Shown: positions 54,699-64,000 of the stretch, piece by piece
How positions within the stretch are numbered: the first letter of the stretch is position 1
Layout: every line of letters starts with the position of its first letter
Origin: an uncultured Thermotogae bacterium
GTDB taxonomy: Bacteria; Bipolaricaulota; Bipolaricaulia; UBA7950; UBA9294
Direction: 5' to 3'
Assembly (NCBI GenBank): GCA_964608345.1
Contig: CAZSNG010000005.1
Span: 6,261 to 70,260, forward strand
Length of the DNA stretch: 64,000 bases
Notes under the pieces: model-generated
Seen by the model: only the letters and a program-made list of their open reading frames with translations
What the model was told of the DNA's origin: nothing
Database searches by the model: none
Made by a program: the position numbers and the translations under genes

Positions 54699-55883
54699 GT
54701 GATCGAGCCACTCGGCGAGCTGCCGCAACGGAAAGGGAGACGGTATGCCTTCCCGCTCGCTTCGGCATCCATGTTCCTCGCTATTGCGAACAGCGGCATC
54801 GGGCTGATTCTCAAGTTGTTCCTTCAAGATCAAGGGTTCGCCCCGATCGTCATCAGTGCCGTCTCCAGCGTCAACGCCGCCGGTGTGCTTCTTGGGAGCC
54901 TGGTCTGGGGGCGACTGAGCGATCGGACGTCCCGCAGACCTCTCTTGTTCATCACGTTCCTCGGTGGAATACTGGCAATCGGCGTATTGATCGCCCTTCC
55001 GCCGGCGACGGTTGCGTTGGGTAGCTCATTCACTCGCGCATTTGTGCGAATGGGCTTCAGGACGATAACCCTGGCGATCATCTCCGGGGCGAGTATCGCG
55101 GCCCGGCGCGGGAAGAACCTATCGTACGTTACCGCGGCAGGTTCACTCGGTCTGGCAATCGGGTCCATCTCCGCCGGTTTCGTGCTCGAGCAGCTAGGAT
55201 TCCGCGGCGGTTTCGCCGTCATGACGTGCCTCCCGTTGGTGGGCGCCGTGTTCCTGTTCGCGCTCCCTCATGAGCGTGCACCTGCACCGCCGCCACGACG
55301 ATCGTCTTGGAAGTTGGCTCTCTCGTCCGGGCTGAGCGACCTCTACCTGAGCACCATGCTGCGACAGATGGCGATTCATGGGGCGTTTTCGTTGCTCGTG
55401 GTCTACATGGCTTCGAACGGGATCCCGGCGCGCTACATCGGCCTGGTCAGCGCATTCAACTCAGGGACACAGGTTCTGACCCTGCTCCTCTTCGGACGCC
55501 TCGCGGATCGGATCGGGCGGCGGCGGATCTTCATGCTTGGCTTCGCGCTATCGGCGGTGGCACCGTGCCTCTTCATCCTCTCAACCCACATCGGTGTGAT
55601 GATGCTCGGCTACACCGTCCTCGGTGTGTCGTTCAGTTCGCTCTACATCGGGTCGACTGCGCACATTGGGGATCGGGCTCCCCAAGACCGCCAGGGGACG
55701 ATGCTGGGCCTGTACGAGACGTCCCGCGGTCTTGGCGGCGTGCTTGGCCCCCTCGTCGCCGGTGCGATCACTCCGCTCATCGGCTTCCACGGCATGTTTC
55801 TGACGATGGGTGGCATCGCGGCGCTCGGCTTCCTGCTGATGTTGGTTCGGCAGCTGATGCGGCGGGAAGCCGAGGCTCCCTAA
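54699..55883 (+). CDS. MFS transporter
   Basis: ORF 54654..55883. GTG 54699 preferred (AAGGTTGAGGG upstream). 12 hydrophobic helices with GRLSDRTSRRP loop motif. Confidence 0.75.
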   Translation: MIEPLGELPQRKGRRYAFPLASASMFLAIANSGIGLILKLFLQDQGFAPIVISAVSSVNAAGVLLGSLVWGRLSDRTSRRPLLFITFLGGILAIGVLIALPPATVALGSSFTRAFVRMGFRTITLAIISGASIAARRGKNLSYVTAAGSLGLAIGSISAGFVLEQLGFRGGFAVMTCLPLVGAVFLFALPHERAPAPPPRRSSWKLALSSGLSDLYLSTMLRQMAIHGAFSLLVVYMASNGIPARYIGLVSAFNSGTQVLTLLLFGRLADRIGRRRIFMLGFALSAVAPCLFILSTHIGVMMLGYTVLGVSFSSLYIGSTAHIGDRAPQDRQGTMLGLYETSRGLGGVLGPLVAGAITPLIGFHGMFLTMGGIAALGFLLMLVRQLMRREAEAP

Positions 55884-56006
55884 GATCGTCGGCTTCTCTC
55901 GAGCGAAATCGATCTGCTTCCGGACGTGCCTGCCGGTTCCACATGTCGCGACTCCCAAGGCACACAGGGTAGAATGGAAGGGGACTGCGGACGAAGGAGG
56001 AGTTGC

Positions 56007-58946
56007 GTGGCCAGGGTATCGCTTCGGCTGTTCGGAACGCCGCGTCTCGATGTCGACGGGGAGCCGGCGCAGCTCGGGCGGCGGAAGGCGACGGCGCTGC
56101 TGGCGTACCTCGCGGTCACGCGCAGCCGTCACCACCGCGAGAGCCTCGCGACGCTTCTGTGGCCGGAGTCCGGCCCGGAAGCGGCCTTCTCGGCGCTGCG
56201 AAACGTGCTGTGGCTCCTCAGGCAGACGCCGCTCTCGCACCTGCTCCGTACGGACCGAAGCACCGTCGAATTGGACGAAGACGACTCCCTCTGGGTGGAC
56301 GTGTTGCAGTTCCGCGATCTGACGGCCGGTTGTCCGGCCGGCACACATCCGCCGATGCAGACCTGCCCCGAGTGCGTCTCGGCACTCGAGGCCGCCGTGG
56401 CGCTCGCGGAGGCCCCGTTCATGGACGGGTTCATGGTCTCCAACGCCGACGGGTTCGACGACTGGCAGTTCGCCGAGCGCGAGGCGCTGCAGCGGGAACT
56501 GACGGAGTCGCTCGACCGACTGACGGCGTTCTACGAGGAGACGGGGAACTGGGCCGCTGCGACGGCGCAAGCCAGGCGGTGGCTGCAGGTCGATCGGATG
56601 AGCGAGATCTGTGCGCGCCGCCTGATGACCGGGTTGGCCGCTCTCGGGAGACGGAGCGAGTCGCTTCGCGGCTACGAGGAGTTCCGCGAGACACTTAGCG
56701 CCGAGCTCGGTCTGGATCCGGAAGCGGCCACGACGGAGCTCGCCGAGCGGATTCGGCACACCGACGACATCCCCCGAGCGCGCCCTCAGGCTCCGCGGCG
56801 GACCAACCTCCCAGCGGCGTTGACGCCGTTCGTCGGCCGCGAGGAGGTCATGGACCGGGTTGTCGATCTGCTGGCGACGGGTGAGGCGCGTCTGCTCACG
56901 CTGGTCGGGCTCGGCGGCATCGGCAAGACCAGCCTCGCGCTGCAGGTCGGCCGAAGGCTGCAGACGAAGCTGGAGGACGGGGTCTTCTTCGTGGCGCTTG
57001 GCGAAGCGAGCGACTTCGACGTCGTCGCGTCGGCGATCGCCGGAGCGCTCGGACTGGCGTACGCGCGCGACAAGGGGGCACAGCTCGGAATGGCGCTGGA
57101 GGACTACCTCAAGGCGCGTGAGATCCTGTTGGTCCTCGATGCAGCGGACGGGATCGCACCGTTGGGCGGCGACCTCGTGGAACTGCTCTCGCGGGCGCCG
57201 GGGGCGCGTGTCCTGTGCACATCACGCTCCCCGCTCGGTGTCGCCGGGGAGTCCGTCGTCACGCTCCACGGACTCGACTACCCGGAGGAAGGCGCACCGA
57301 TCGACGCGATCGGGCAGTTCGACGCGATCCGCCTGCTCAAGGTCGCGGAGCGGAGAGTTGACTCCGGATCGACGGACCGCGAGCCGGAGCTGCAGGCGAT
57401 GGCGCGCGTCGCTCGTCAACTGGACGGTTTCCCTCTCGGCCTTGAGATGGCCGGCGCGTGGCGCGGTGTCTTCTCCTGGCAGGAGATCGCCGATCGAATC
57501 GCCTCGAATCTGGACTTCCTCGTGCATACGCACCGCGACGTCCCGGCCCGGCATCGGAACCTGCGAGCGGTGTACGAGCAGGCGTGGTCGCTGCTGTCGC
57601 AGGAAGAGCGAGCGGTCCTCTGCAGGCTGGCCGTCTTCCGGGGCGGGTTCACGATCGAGGCGGCCGAGCGAACGACCGATAGCTCCCCGGCGGCGCTTGC
57701 CGCACTCGCGAAGCGGTGCCTGATCCGGAGAGTTGATCCGGAGAGGTATCACGTGCACGAGCTCGTTCGGCAGTTCTCGCTAGAGAACCTGCGTGGGACA
57801 CACGATGACTCCGAAGCGGCGATGGAGCGCCACGCCACGTACTTCATCGAGCTGATCGAGGCGTCGTTTGAGCGGCTGAAGGGGCCGGATCAGCTCGAGA
57901 CGTTGCGGCAGCTCCAGCGAGACCTTCCGAATGTCCGAGCCGCCTGGCTGTATGCCGCGAAGTCCGGCCGGGCCGACCTGCTTCGCCGAGCTGCGCATGG
58001 TCTCTTCTTCTACTTCGACATGCGGGCGCACTTCGAGGAAGGCGTCCGCGCGTTCGACGATGCTGTGCGGAACTTCGACGGGAGGATTGATCCGGTGGCC
58101 GCCGGCTTCGTCCGCGTCGCCTATGGATGGTTCACTCAGTTCACGGCGGCCGCCGAGCCGCAGGAGTGGATCAGCGAAGGGCTCCGCATGCTCGACGACG
58201 AGGGATCGTTCTGCGCCGATCACGCGCTGGCGAACGTAATCGCCCGCTTCGCGGGGTCGATCCTCGAGGTCGAGGAGGCGCGTGCGCGGCTCGGCAGGAC
58301 CCTGGCGTTCTATCGGGACGCCGGCGACACGTGGGCCGAAGCGCTGACGATCGATTGCCTCGCCGGAGCGGTGTTCTCGTCCTCTCCGGAGGAGGGCGAG
58401 GAACTGGCCGAGGAGAGCCTCCGGCTTCGGAAGAGCATCGGAGACCGGTGGGGCGAGGCCCTGAACCTCGCGACGCTCGCCAACTTCGCGGAGCATCGCG
58501 GGAAGCTGGATCTGGCGAAGGTGCGCTTCCATCAGAGCCAGCGGCTGGCGGCTCTGATCGCGGAGGATCTGCACATGGCAATCACGGCGCAGTTGTCGCG
58601 TGCCCGGATCGCGGGCCGTCAAGGCGCGTTCGAGGAGGCCGAGGCACTCGCCGAGCAGGGACTCCTCATGGCCCGAGGGTCGAGCAGCCGCCTTCTGACC
58701 GCGCGGGCACTCGTGGAGCTTGGTACGCTGGCTCGGTGGCAGGAAGACCTACCGAGGGCGATGGAGCGGCTCGAAGAGTCATTCTCCTTGCTCGACGGCA
58801 CGCCGTGGCGATGGGCAGGAGCATACTGCGCGACTCTCCTCGCAGAGGTGGCTGAGGCGTCGGGCGACGACGGGGAGGAGCGACGGTGGAGGCAAGAGGC
58901 ACAGACGCTCGATCCCGAGGGACAGATCTTCCGCTGGATGGAGTGA
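56007..58946 (+). CDS. SARP/AfsR-like regulator (OmpR-type wHTH + BTAD + NB-ARC ATPase + TPR)
   Basis: ORF 55926..58946. GTG 56007 with GAAGGAGG 6 nt upstream. N-terminal LRLFGTPRLDVDGEPAQLGRRKATALLAYLAV (trans_reg_C-like), BTAD segment (…LAALGRRSESLRGYEEFRETLSAELGLDP…), P-loop LTLVGLGGIGKTSLA, C-terminal TPR-like helices. Confidence 0.8.
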   Translation: MARVSLRLFGTPRLDVDGEPAQLGRRKATALLAYLAVTRSRHHRESLATLLWPESGPEAAFSALRNVLWLLRQTPLSHLLRTDRSTVELDEDDSLWVDVLQFRDLTAGCPAGTHPPMQTCPECVSALEAAVALAEAPFMDGFMVSNADGFDDWQFAEREALQRELTESLDRLTAFYEETGNWAAATAQARRWLQVDRMSEICARRLMTGLAALGRRSESLRGYEEFRETLSAELGLDPEAATTELAERIRHTDDIPRARPQAPRRTNLPAALTPFVGREEVMDRVVDLLATGEARLLTLVGLGGIGKTSLALQVGRRLQTKLEDGVFFVALGEASDFDVVASAIAGALGLAYARDKGAQLGMALEDYLKAREILLVLDAADGIAPLGGDLVELLSRAPGARVLCTSRSPLGVAGESVVTLHGLDYPEEGAPIDAIGQFDAIRLLKVAERRVDSGSTDREPELQAMARVARQLDGFPLGLEMAGAWRGVFSWQEIADRIASNLDFLVHTHRDVPARHRNLRAVYEQAWSLLSQEERAVLCRLAVFRGGFTIEAAERTTDSSPAALAALAKRCLIRRVDPERYHVHELVRQFSLENLRGTHDDSEAAMERHATYFIELIEASFERLKGPDQLETLRQLQRDLPNVRAAWLYAAKSGRADLLRRAAHGLFFYFDMRAHFEEGVRAFDDAVRNFDGRIDPVAAGFVRVAYGWFTQFTAAAEPQEWISEGLRMLDDEGSFCADHALANVIARFAGSILEVEEARARLGRTLAFYRDAGDTWAEALTIDCLAGAVFSSSPEEGEELAEESLRLRKSIGDRWGEALNLATLANFAEHRGKLDLAKVRFHQSQRLAALIAEDLHMAITAQLSRARIAGRQGAFEEAEALAEQGLLMARGSSSRLLTARALVELGTLARWQEDLPRAMERLEESFSLLDGTPWRWAGAYCATLLAEVAEASGDDGEERRWRQEAQTLDPEGQIFRWME

Positions 58947-59002
58947 CGCGCCCGCGCTCGCGGCGGCGCTATGGCCGGGACGCGTGGCAGGAGGGAGGAG
59001 CG

Positions 59003-60088
59003 GTGGGATCGCGGGAGAGCCGTGCGGCGGCGCAATTTGGTCTGGCTCGACCGATCCGCTCGGTCGCGCCGCTCGGTGAAGGCCACATCAACGCCACCTT
59101 CGTCGTTACTGTGCACGTGGACGGCGACGAGCGCCGATACGTGCTCCAGCGGATCAATCGAACCGTCTTCCGCGAGCCCGAGGTGGTGATCCGAAACGTC
59201 GAGCGGGTGGTCGAGCACCTGGCGGAGAAGGTCAGGAAGGAAGGCGGGGATCCACGACGGCGCGTGCCGACGCTGGTGCGGACGGCGGACGGGTCCTCGT
59301 CCATCCGGGATGTCGAGGGGGACGTATGGCGTTGCTTCACGATGATCGAAGCAGCGACGGCCACGTCAACCGTGATGGGTCCGGAACACGCCCGCACCGT
59401 TGCGGCGGCGTTCGGGCGGTTTCTTGAGCGAATGTCCGACTTCCCGTTGGACGAACTGCAGGTCACGATCCCGGGATACCACGACGCCGAGGGGCATCTG
59501 CGGACGCTCTGCGACGCGATCGGGCGGGATCCGCTCGGCCGGGCCCGTGAGGCGGATCGAGAACGACGGGATCTCGAGGATCGCCACTCGGTCTTCGCGA
59601 CGTGGACCGAGCTGCTATCGTCCGCGCCGATCCCGATCCGCGCAATCCACAACGACACCAAGATCAACAACGTGCTCGTCGATGACGAAACCGGCGCCGG
59701 CATCTGCGTGATCGACCTCGACACGGTGATGGCCGGATCGGCGTTGGTCGACATCGGCGACTGCGCTCGATCGGCGATGACGGGACCGGAGGACACGGGA
59801 TGGGACTTCGACCTGCGCGTATTCGAGGCCGTCGCGAGCGGCTATCTCGACGAGACGAGAGAGCTGTTGAGCGAAACGGAGACCGCGCACATCGTCCTCG
59901 CCACACGCGCGATCGCCCTCGAGTTGGCATCGCGGTTCCTGGCGGACTTCATCTTGGGAGATCGATGGTTCCCGGTCTCGCGGCCGACGCAGAACCTCGA
60001 GCGGTGCCGCGTGCAGCTCGAACTGGTCCGCGGCATCGAGGCGAACGAGCGGGAGATGGAGCGGATCGTTCGTCGCGCCACCGCCTGA
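59003..60088 (+). CDS. aminoglycoside-phosphotransferase/choline-kinase-fold (protein-kinase-like) phosphotransferase
   Basis: ORF 58886..60088. GTG 59003 after GGGAGGAG. Catalytic loop HNDTKINNVLVD (HxDxxxxN) and metal-binding VIDLD (DFG-like). Confidence 0.7.
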   Translation: MGSRESRAAAQFGLARPIRSVAPLGEGHINATFVVTVHVDGDERRYVLQRINRTVFREPEVVIRNVERVVEHLAEKVRKEGGDPRRRVPTLVRTADGSSSIRDVEGDVWRCFTMIEAATATSTVMGPEHARTVAAAFGRFLERMSDFPLDELQVTIPGYHDAEGHLRTLCDAIGRDPLGRAREADRERRDLEDRHSVFATWTELLSSAPIPIRAIHNDTKINNVLVDDETGAGICVIDLDTVMAGSALVDIGDCARSAMTGPEDTGWDFDLRVFEAVASGYLDETRELLSETETAHIVLATRAIALELASRFLADFILGDRWFPVSRPTQNLERCRVQLELVRGIEANEREMERIVRRATA

Positions 60089-60226
60089 ACCATCGATCTC
60101 TCCTGCGTCGGCGACGAGGAGCGGTGAATCGGTCGGTCGAGCGTCCCTGGGGCGGCCCTCGTGTCTGTCGGGATGTGGCACGCTGTTTCAGTCGCGGATA
60201 GACTGACGCGGCTAGGTGGGGGGGGC

Positions 60227-61384
60227 ATGCGCAAGCTACTCGAACGGAACCGCAAGCTGTTCATCTACTTGGTCGTCTCCAGCTTCCTACTCAATTTCGG
60301 GCATCGCGTCTGGCAGGCGATGTTCAACAACTTCGCCGTCGAGAAGATCGGCGTGGGCCCGGAAGCGATCGGCTGGATCCAGTCGGTGCGCGAGCTACCG
60401 GGGCTGTTCGCGTTCGTCCTCGCGTTCCTCGCACTCGTTCTGTCCGAGCTTCGGATCATGGCGCTGAGCCTCGTCGTTCTCGGAGTGGGGCTCATCTTCA
60501 CCGGACAGGCGACGACGATCCCGATCGTGCTGATGTCCACCATCGTCATGAGCTTCGGATTCCATTTCTTCGAGCCGTGCAGCAGCGGAGTGGTCCTGAT
60601 GAGCGTCGAGCGGGAGGAGAGCCCGAAGGTCCTCGGGCAGCTGCGCAGCCTCGGCGCGATCGCGGCGCTGGTGGCAACCGGCGTCGTCTACCTGCTGGTC
60701 GATCGGCTCGGATACCGGGCGCTCTTCTTGATCGTCGGAGCCGTCGTGGCTGTCGGCGGGGTCATCCTGTTCACGCGGGGAAAGGGAGAGCACGGCTTGC
60801 CGCCGAAGCGGCGCGTGAAGCTTCGGAAACGGTACTGGCTGTTCTACACGCTGGCGTTCCTGATGGGAAGCCGGCGGCACATCTTCACGACGTTTGCCCC
60901 GTTCTTGCTCGTACTGACCTACGGCGTGAACGTCCAGACGATGTCGATCCTCTTTCTGGTCAATGCACTTGTCAACACCTACGTCTACCAGAAGGTCGGG
61001 AAGCTCGTGCCGAAGATCGGCGAGCGCGCCCTGCTGACGATTGCGTTTGCGCTGCTCATTCCCGTCTTCCTCGGGTACGCCTACGTCACCGTGCTGCCGC
61101 TCTTGTTCATACTGTTCGTCCTCGACAACATGCTGTTCGGCTTCAACCTCGGTTTGACGACATACTTGCAGAAGATCGCGATCACCCCTGAGGAGTTGAC
61201 GAGCAATCTGTCGGCACAGGTGACGATCAACCACATGTCGGCGGTGATCATCCCGGTCGTCGGCGGGGCGATCTGGGCGCTGCTCGGCTCGCGTGCGACA
61301 TTCCTGATCGGCGTCGGGATTGCCGTCATCTCTCTGGTTCTCGCACAGTTCATCCGTGTTCCCGCGGCGCAACCGCAGGAGTAG
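60227..61384 (+). CDS. MFS-like transporter
   Basis: ORF 60161..61384 trimmed to MRKLLERNRKLFIYLVV (ATG 60227). About 11-12 hydrophobic helices. Confidence 0.7.
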   Translation: MRKLLERNRKLFIYLVVSSFLLNFGHRVWQAMFNNFAVEKIGVGPEAIGWIQSVRELPGLFAFVLAFLALVLSELRIMALSLVVLGVGLIFTGQATTIPIVLMSTIVMSFGFHFFEPCSSGVVLMSVEREESPKVLGQLRSLGAIAALVATGVVYLLVDRLGYRALFLIVGAVVAVGGVILFTRGKGEHGLPPKRRVKLRKRYWLFYTLAFLMGSRRHIFTTFAPFLLVLTYGVNVQTMSILFLVNALVNTYVYQKVGKLVPKIGERALLTIAFALLIPVFLGYAYVTVLPLLFILFVLDNMLFGFNLGLTTYLQKIAITPEELTSNLSAQVTINHMSAVIIPVVGGAIWALLGSRATFLIGVGIAVISLVLAQFIRVPAAQPQE

Positions 61385-61455
61385 CTCGCTCGGTCTGTCG
61401 ATTCGGCGTCGGGCCGATATAATCGCTGCGCTGTAGGGGAGGGGTGTATCGCCGC

Positions 61456-62454
61456 ATGGGATCGACCGACTGTCCGAAACCACAGACTTCAAGTGCTTCC
61501 GTCCGGTTGCTCCCTCTGACTGTCCAGCATGCGATTCACCCGCAGGATACCGACGGGCAGACGGCGGCGGATCTGATCCTGGAGATGATGGCGGAGGCCG
61601 GCGTCGAGCCGCAGGAGAAGGACGTGGTGGTCATCAGCTCGAAGATCGCGTCGTTCTACGAGGGCGACTGTGTCGTTCGCCTCGCCGACGTCGATCCGTC
61701 GCGCAAGGCGCGCCTGCTTGGATGGCTGTTCCAGCGGGACCCGCGGAAGCTCCAGCTCGTGCTCGAGGAAGGCAACGTCCTTGTCGTCATCCCGATGAGG
61801 CGGATCGTCCGGATCCCGAGCATGCGGCGCATGCTCGAGCAGCGGACGCCGAATCCGGAAGCGATGCGCAAGGGGTACGAGCAGGCGAATGGCTACACGT
61901 TTGTCGTTCGCAAGCACGCGGTGTTCCTCGATGAGGCCGGCATCGATCACACGAACTCGCCGGACGAGTTCGTGTCTTTGCTGCCGCGCGATCCGTGTGC
62001 CACGGCGTCGAGGATCCGCGAGGAGATCCGCGGACGATGCGGCGTCGATATCGCCGTCATCGTGTCCGACACCGCAACGACCGTCGGCCGGCTGGGATCA
62101 CAAGACGTGGCGATCGGATATTCGGGAATCGACCCGGTGACGAGGGCCACGTTCAGTGACGACTTGTTCGGCATCCCGCGTGCCGGCGGAATCGACCTCG
62201 TGATCGACTCGATTGCGGGGATGGCCGGTCTCGTGATGGGGCAGACGACCGAGCGACGACCGGCCGTCGTGATCCGTGGGCTCGAATACGCGAACGAGCG
62301 GGAAGACGATGATTCGGGGATGGCGGCCGTGGCGATGCCCAAGGACGCCGAGTGGCGGATCAGCGTGTTCACCGTTCTGGCGACGGCCGCGCTGCGGATC
62401 GGTAGCTTGTTCGCCTTCCAGCGAACTCCTAGGCGGCCGGAGGCTCGTCGATAG
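61456..62454 (+). CDS. CofE-like (coenzyme F420-0:L-glutamate ligase family) protein
   Basis: ORF 61444..62454 (GTG 61444 or ATG 61456). Blocks DVVVISSKIASFYEG, IAVIVSDTATTVGRLGSQDVAIGYSGI and IAGMAGLVMGQTTERRPAVVIRGLE align to the CofE/FbiB N-domain pattern (recalled). The last 26 nt overlap the convergent decarboxylase gene. Confidence 0.6.
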   Translation: MGSTDCPKPQTSSASVRLLPLTVQHAIHPQDTDGQTAADLILEMMAEAGVEPQEKDVVVISSKIASFYEGDCVVRLADVDPSRKARLLGWLFQRDPRKLQLVLEEGNVLVVIPMRRIVRIPSMRRMLEQRTPNPEAMRKGYEQANGYTFVVRKHAVFLDEAGIDHTNSPDEFVSLLPRDPCATASRIREEIRGRCGVDIAVIVSDTATTVGRLGSQDVAIGYSGIDPVTRATFSDDLFGIPRAGGIDLVIDSIAGMAGLVMGQTTERRPAVVIRGLEYANEREDDDSGMAAVAMPKDAEWRISVFTVLATAALRIGSLFAFQRTPRRPEARR

Positions 62455-63907
62455 ACAGCGAGTCGCCGGCGTGGCCGAACACGTCCTCGAAGACCTCCGG
62501 CGCACGCCACAGCTCGGCCTTGCCGTCCGCGCGGATCGCGACCTTCGCCGGGCGAGGGAATCCACAGCTGTTCGACGCGAAGTGGTCGGCGCTGTACGCT
62601 CCGGTCTGGTAGACCACGCATCGCTCCCCGGGAACGGGCAGCCTGTTCAACGCGACCTTCGCCTTGCTGATCATGTCGCCCGAGAAGCAGAGCCGGCCTG
62701 CGAGGAACGCTTCGACGGGACGGTCGTCGGATTGCCTCGGGAGCGTCGCGGCGGCGAAGATATCCGGCGAGATCAGGTTCGTCCCATGGCTATTGATCCC
62801 GACGTCCAGAGCGACGATCGGGTGGCCGAGCACCGTCTTGACGCCGGTCGCCCGAGCGAGGGTCACGCCGGCGGAAGCCATCAGCGAGCGACCCGGCTCG
62901 ACGATCAGCCGGGGGCGACCAAGCGTCGCGAGGCGATCGACGACCGTCGCACCGCTCTCCGTCCGGTGGTCGAGGACACGGTCGAGCATCCGCGCGGCGG
63001 GATACGCCGACCAGTACGACTTCCCGACCCAACGCGGCTTCGGATCGTCGCCGGCGCGCTCGTAGCCCATCGGCAAGTCGGTCCACGTCACGGCGCCGGA
63101 GACGTCCACCTCGCCCCGAAGCCGGGCGAGAAGGCGGGTTGTGAACCGGTCCCACTCCTCGTCGGTGAGGAAGGTCACGGGGAACCCGCCGCCAAGATCG
63201 ATGCATTCGACGGGAAGGCCGACATCGACGGCGAGCTCCGCTGCGCGAAGCAGGTGCTCCGCGAGCAGCTCGTAGCCGAGCGGATCGGCGATCTGGGTGC
63301 CGATGTGTGCCGACACACCGCGGAAGCGCAGACGGTCGGATGCAGCGAGTTGCCTGAACAGATGCTCGGCGGCGTCGATGTGGAAGCCGAACTTCGTCCA
63401 ATCGGCGGCGGTCGTCTGATCGGCGGCGGTCAATCCCGAAAGCGGCATGCCGCGGAACCGCACGAGCACATCGACCTCAGCGTTCGCGTGTCCGGCTCGT
63501 TCCTCCAGTTGATCGATCTCCGCCTCGTTGTCGAGGGCGATCAGGGTGCCGGCGCGAATCGCCGCGTCGTGATACTGTGCGGACTTGGCGTTGCCGTTGC
63601 AGATGATCGCGCTCGGATCGATGCCCTCCTCCAGCGCGGCCCTCAGCTCGTGCTCCGAGGCAACGTCCGCTCCCAGCCCGACTTGCTTCGCGACGCGAAG
63701 TGCGCCACGGCACGGGTTGGACTTCGCGGCGAACGCTACGGTCGAAAGCGGGTACCTCGACGCAAGCACGCTGTGGAAGAGAGCTGCGCTGTCCGCCATC
63801 TCCTCGATGAAGAAGACGTGGAGCGGCAAGCTGTACCGCTCGATCAGCGAGTCGATGAGGTCCCGATGTCGTTCAAGATGGGAATCGAGGCGATCTGTCG
63901 TGTTCAA
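62429..63907 (-). CDS. PLP-dependent decarboxylase, Orn/DAP/Arg decarboxylase family 2 (fold III)
   Basis: 492 aa. PLP-lysine region AFAAKSNPCRGALRVA, Gly-rich CIDLGGGFPV, C-terminal beta-domain. TTG start (rc caa 63905-63907) with AGGGAG SD 5 nt upstream. Confidence 0.8.
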   Translation of the reverse strand: MNTTDRLDSHLERHRDLIDSLIERYSLPLHVFFIEEMADSAALFHSVLASRYPLSTVAFAAKSNPCRGALRVAKQVGLGADVASEHELRAALEEGIDPSAIICNGNAKSAQYHDAAIRAGTLIALDNEAEIDQLEERAGHANAEVDVLVRFRGMPLSGLTAADQTTAADWTKFGFHIDAAEHLFRQLAASDRLRFRGVSAHIGTQIADPLGYELLAEHLLRAAELAVDVGLPVECIDLGGGFPVTFLTDEEWDRFTTRLLARLRGEVDVSGAVTWTDLPMGYERAGDDPKPRWVGKSYWSAYPAARMLDRVLDHRTESGATVVDRLATLGRPRLIVEPGRSLMASAGVTLARATGVKTVLGHPIVALDVGINSHGTNLISPDIFAAATLPRQSDDRPVEAFLAGRLCFSGDMISKAKVALNRLPVPGERCVVYQTGAYSADHFASNSCGFPRPAKVAIRADGKAELWRAPEVFEDVFGHAGDSLSIDEPPAA

Positions 63908-64000
63908 TGTTCTCCCTTCGGGTGTGGCGCCACATGGTAAGCGACGGACGAAGACGTTTCAGCGGTGCCGTCCGACTGTGCACGGCGTTCTTCCGCCGGA

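Noticed and set aside
55581-56759. 392-aa minus-strand ORF spanning the MFS and SARP regulator junction
   Set aside because: Overlaps two well-supported plus-strand genes and their intergenic region. Arg/Pro-rich composition. No functional motif.

Overview
High-GC (about 68%) bacterial chromosomal segment, dense with genes. The strong GGAGG-type ribosome-binding sites and frequent GTG/TTG starts fit a Gram-positive-like or Chloroflexota/Actinomycetota-like lineage. I support about 49 protein-coding genes and found no rRNA, tRNA, CRISPR array or obvious mobile element. Many upstream M residues in the supplied ORF table are GTG/TTG codons or N-terminal over-extensions, so I trimmed starts to the first codon preceded by a Shine-Dalgarno-like motif.

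Content from 5' to 3': polyamine, RNA and nucleotide housekeeping genes (spermidine-synthase-like, MBL/beta-CASP RNase, ureohydrolase, a degenerate NUDIX-fold protein); a tungsten-type aldehyde:ferredoxin oxidoreductase with its polyferredoxin; a block of large secreted or surface proteins (a BNR-like propeller, a frameshifted TolB-like propeller, a 1665-aa parallel beta-helix giant, a PPC+LVIVD protein, an FGE-domain protein, an M1 peptidase, a transglutaminase-like protein); small metabolic and regulatory units (Cho-like nuclease, stand-alone ThrRS editing-domain protein, WYL regulator, GNATs); a GAF/PAS histidine kinase -> CheY -> PAS-GGDEF cascade; and, at the 3' end, a SARP/AfsR-like NB-ARC-TPR regulator followed by an APH-fold kinase, a transporter, a CofE-like ligase and a PLP decarboxylase.

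Candidates for an undescribed system, in order of interest: (1) a translationally coupled pair of LysW/ArgW-like zinc-ribbon carrier-protein homologs with non-canonical acidic tails and no ATP-grasp partner in the window; (2) the SARP-kinase-transporter-CofE-decarboxylase locus that runs off the window end; (3) an operon of M28-like peptidase -> MFS -> two recently duplicated membrane-anchored proteins of unknown family -> transglutaminase-like secreted protein; (4) two adjacent secreted propeller proteins sharing an unassigned ~120-aa C-terminal domain, one of them frameshifted; (5) an in-frame relic of an Fpg/Nei zinc finger directly after the stop of a CBS-domain gene.
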